Shown here: piece by piece, positions 60,572 through 64,000 of the stretch
Layout: every line of letters starts with the position of its first letter
Position numbering within the stretch: the first letter of the stretch is position 1
NCBI RefSeq assembly: GCF_028641065.1
Contig: NC_073402.1
Coordinates: 22,382,001 to 22,446,000 of the forward strand
DNA length: 64,000 bases
DNA from: Leucoraja erinacea
Lineage: Eukaryota
Reading direction: 5' to 3'
Notes under the pieces: model-generated
What the model was told of the DNA's origin: nothing
What the model saw: only the letters and a program-made list of their open reading frames with translations
Databases searched by the model: none
Translations under genes and position numbers: made by a program

Positions 60572-62280
60572 GTGCCTGCACTGCGAGGGAGCAAACTGCC
60601 GAAGATGCGGGTGGATGATCCATTGGTATCCTGGATCAGCAACTACCTGACTGGACGACCACAATATGTCAGGCTACAGAACTGTTTCTCGGACATGGTA
60701 GTGAGCAACACAGGGGTCCCACAGGGGACGATCCTCACTCCCTGTTCACCATCTACACCTCGGACTTCAGATATAACTCAGACTCCTGCCATCTGCAGAA
60801 GTTTTCAGATGACTGCAATTTTGGGCTGCATAAGTGAGGGGAAGCTGAATACAGAGGTGTAGTCAACGGCTTTGTTGTGTGGTGTGGGCTGAATCACCTA
60901 CAGCCCGACACCGACACGACTAAAGCCCCTGTCCCACTTTGGTGTCCTTGGCATGCTAATTACGCGACCTCGTGGTCGCGTTGAGGCGCGACAGTCCCGC
61001 GAAGGTCGCGCGCGTTTTCATGCGCCCGCACAGCCATCTGGAGCGCGTGACGTCATTTGAAGATGGACACAAAATGCTGGAGTGACTCAGCGGGACCGGC
61101 AGCATCTCTGGAGAGAAACAATGGGTGATGTTTCGTGTTCAGACTTTTCTTCAGTCCGAAAGAAGGGTTTGACCCGAAACGTCACCCAATGCTTCTCTCC
61201 AGAGATGCTGCTGGTCCCGCTGAGTTACTCCAACATTTTGTGTCAATCTTCAATTTTCTTGGCCTCGCTCTGGGAGTAGAAGTGGGGGCGGATTCAGACT
61301 GCAACGGCCGTGAGCCCCAGGCCGAGTTCGGAGATCGTTTGCCTGCTTCTGCTGCTGTTGGAGGTGAGACGTTGCGTCGCGCCAGGGTCTTGGGCCTGTC
61401 CCACATTGGTCGTCAGTTATGCGACAGGCCGTTGGCGCGCGAAGATTTCGTTCGGTACAAAAATTTCGGAGCCCCGCGCGATGCCGTGCACAACTACATA
61501 CCCCTCCTTAGGACCAGCCCCGCGCAGCCACACGATGCCCTGCGCCTCAACACGACAATGAGGTCGCGTAATTTGCATGCCAAGGACACGTAAGTGACAG
61601 ACCCTTAAGGAGTTGGACTCTAGGAGGAGAGGAACACCCCTGTCTCCATCAATGATGTGGATGTGCAGTTTACCAGGGAGTACAAATAACTTGGAGTGTA
61701 CCTGGACAGTAAACTAGACTGGTCCAGGAAGGATGAAGCCCTGTACAAGATGGGACAGAGCCGGCTGTACTTTTTAAGAAGGCTCCGCTCCCTCAACGTC
61801 TGCAATAAGATGCTGCAGATGTTCTACCAATCGGTCGTAGCCAGTGCCATCTTCTTCGCTGCTGTGTGTTGGGGGCAGCAGGGCGAAGGCTGCGGATACC
61901 AATAGAATTAACAAACTCAATAGGAAGGCTTGCTCCATCCTGGGGGTGGATTTGGATTGATGGGAAGCTGTCTTGGAGGGGAGGATGCTCTTCAAACTGC
62001 AGAGCATCCTGGACAATACAGCTCACCCCCTCCATGGCACACTAGTCAACCTGAGGAGTACCTTCAGCAACAGACTGGTTCAGATGCAGGACAGAACGCC
62101 ACAGGAGATATTTCTTCCCTGTGGCAATCATACTGTACAACTCTTCCTCCTTCTGTCGTGGGGTAGACTGAGACTGACCCCCTCCCCTCCCCCTCAATCT
62201 TTGCACATTCCCAATCCTTTCCACTCGTCACTTTAATTTCAGTTATTTTGTGTTTTTATGACTGGTGGCAGATACAAGTT
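60572..62280 (+). mobile_element. Rex1/Babar- or L2-like LINE reverse transcriptase fragment
   Basis: WISNYLTGRPQYVRL..VSNTGVPQGTIL and YLDSKLDWS..GQSRLYFLRRLRS..LQMFYQSVVASAIFFAAVCWG; frameshifted and split by a MITE. Confidence 0.85.
60924..61605. mobile_element. PIF/Harbinger-type MITE inserted in a LINE
   Basis: TSD TAA (60921-60923, 61606-61608); long subterminal inverted repeats (GTGTCCTTGGCATGC..ATTACGCGACCTC / GAGGTCGCGTAAT..GCATGCCAAGGACAC). Confidence 0.75.
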
Positions 62281-63279
62281 GTATCGTTAACATACTCAAG
62301 TATTTTCTAAACAATAAGCTTCCCAATGATGACATAGCAATGTTCCAGTGTTCAGTGTTGGCCAGGTAGTTTCCCAGTAGCTCACTTCAATCAGGCAGTT
62401 AGACTTTGAGGGTTAGTTTCTCAGTCGGCTGTTTCATGTTCCTTCCCATTTAATTTAGGAAAGCAATGGCCTCTCATTCAATGACTGATTATAGTCATTT
62501 TACAGTAAATGTCAGGAACTCTGAAGCAAAAGGGGACCATTTAATCCTCAAACCTGTTGCACCAGTCTGTTAATTCAACTCCATTTACATTTAAAAAAAA
62601 GTTGGATATCTACCATTTTCACTGCACACAATCTAATAATGATTTTGGGGATGAGAGGATAAAATTGGCTAATGAACAGACCACACTAAGGAAGTGGTCA
62701 GGCTGACAAGTCACGCTTAAGGAATGGGTAGGCTGATGGAGAACAGCACCAAGGAGGCAGCCTTACCAACTCAATGGGTCAGGCAGCATCCCCGGAGAAC
62801 ATAGTTAGGTGTCATTTCAGATTTGTATCCTTCTTACAACCGAGGGGACTCTGCCATGGTAATTGCCATATCAACACATACTTAACTGGCATATTTAATC
62901 TACTAGCACCTGTCAAGTCTGAGTTCATACTGAAGAAAAATCCTTTACTGTATCTTCCTTTATATTAATATTCCTTGATGCCTTTTCCCCATATCCCTTG
63001 AAGTGTCTTTGCCGAACAAAACCTACAGATCTGGCTTGAAAATGTTCAGAGCTAGAAACTCAGTTTATCTCAGACAGAGAAAGAGGGATCTACCGTCCAG
63101 CGAGTTTGATGATGGCAGGTACGGGATACTTAGTTGGATGATCAGCCATGATCATATTGAATGGCGGTGCAGGCTCGAAGGGCCGAATGGCCTACTCCTG
63201 CACCTAATTTCTATGTTTAATTGTCAGAAAAAGATGGAATGCATTAATAAGGAAATATTAGGATTATTATAGAATAAGG

Positions 63280-64000
63280 AAATAATGAGGATTTTTCAAA
63301 AGATAAAAGAGTCAGCAAAGTTTTGAGAAAGAGGGATTGTTTTTTTAGCAAATGTATTAGAGATCCTTGAGGTTGTAAATAGCAAGGTATAGAAAGGAGA
63401 GGCAAAGGATGTACTGTATTTGGCTATCCATAAAGTACTCAATAAGATGACACATTACAACTACTGTACAAAAGGTTTTGTGGGATTGAGGATAATATAA
63501 TAATTTAGGCTGATCATTGGTTAACAGACAGAAAGCAAAGTAGAGATGATCAGTTTATGTTCTGGTTGGCAGCCTTTAAGTAGTTGGTTTCCTCAGGGAT
63601 CAGTGTGTAAATCAATATTAATTTACAATCAACATTAATTTACAATTGTCTATTGTCTATAATCTATATTAATAAATTAGATGTAGTGTAATTGTCAGGT
63701 GTTCTGACAATACATAGATAAGTGCACAATAACCTGTGTAGAGGACATAAAGAGTCAGCAAAGGAATATAGGAAGATTTAATAAGGAGACAAAAATAAAG
63801 GCTGTGTAGAGAAATTATCTTTTTTGCAGGGGAAAATAGAAAAGCTGAAAAATCTTTAACTGCAGTAAGATTATAAACATTTTCAAAGCACTTTTGATAT
63901 TGTAAATAATGCAGTGTCTGTAGGAGTATATTGGAAACGGTATGGAGTATTGTAAATGTTAAGGAAGTCCTGCTAAAACGATTGAAGGCTTTCATGAGAC
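63280..64000 (+). mobile_element. Old degenerate CR1 LINE RT fragment
   Basis: Decayed CR1 RT-like segments such as WL..RKQ and GFPQGSV. Confidence 0.55.

Noticed and set aside
57900-64000. NR0B2, expected upstream of NUDC by human synteny
   Set aside because: No nuclear-receptor ligand-binding-domain exon was recognised; it may lie beyond the window.

Overview
Vertebrate genomic DNA, most likely an elasmobranch (skate/ray-type; inferred from HE1-like V-SINEs, HER1-like CR1 LINE tails and elasmobranch-type Penelope repeats). Three spliced protein-coding genes were reconstructed by hand. (1) An 8-exon V-ATPase V0 subunit d gene (+, CDS 2840-13153), only about 77-78% identical to human d1 by hand count from memory, in neither the d1 nor the d2 neighbourhood, so a candidate third vertebrate d-subunit paralogue; exon 7 has a 1-nt frameshift in a homopolymer run. 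(2) KDF1 (+, probable non-coding exon 1 near 16.9-17.1 kb, CDS 36803-41584, 410 aa). (3) NUDC (-, 9 exons, CDS 57576-46310, 338 aa), tail-to-tail with KDF1 as in human 1p36.11. The rest is repeat-rich: CR1, Rex1/L2-like, RTE and Penelope fragments, V-SINEs, two IR/DR Tc1 relics flanking the main KDF1 exon, and two Harbinger MITEs. Other highlights are a P-element-like non-autonomous element (8-bp GTCCTGAC TSD) containing nested termini and a 17+15-nt P-type excision footprint, and a family of short Penelope-derived, often fold-back, insertions with 10-16-bp TSDs and minimal hammerhead ribozyme motifs. There is one assembly gap (2298-2496). Most ORFs in the supplied track are spurious.
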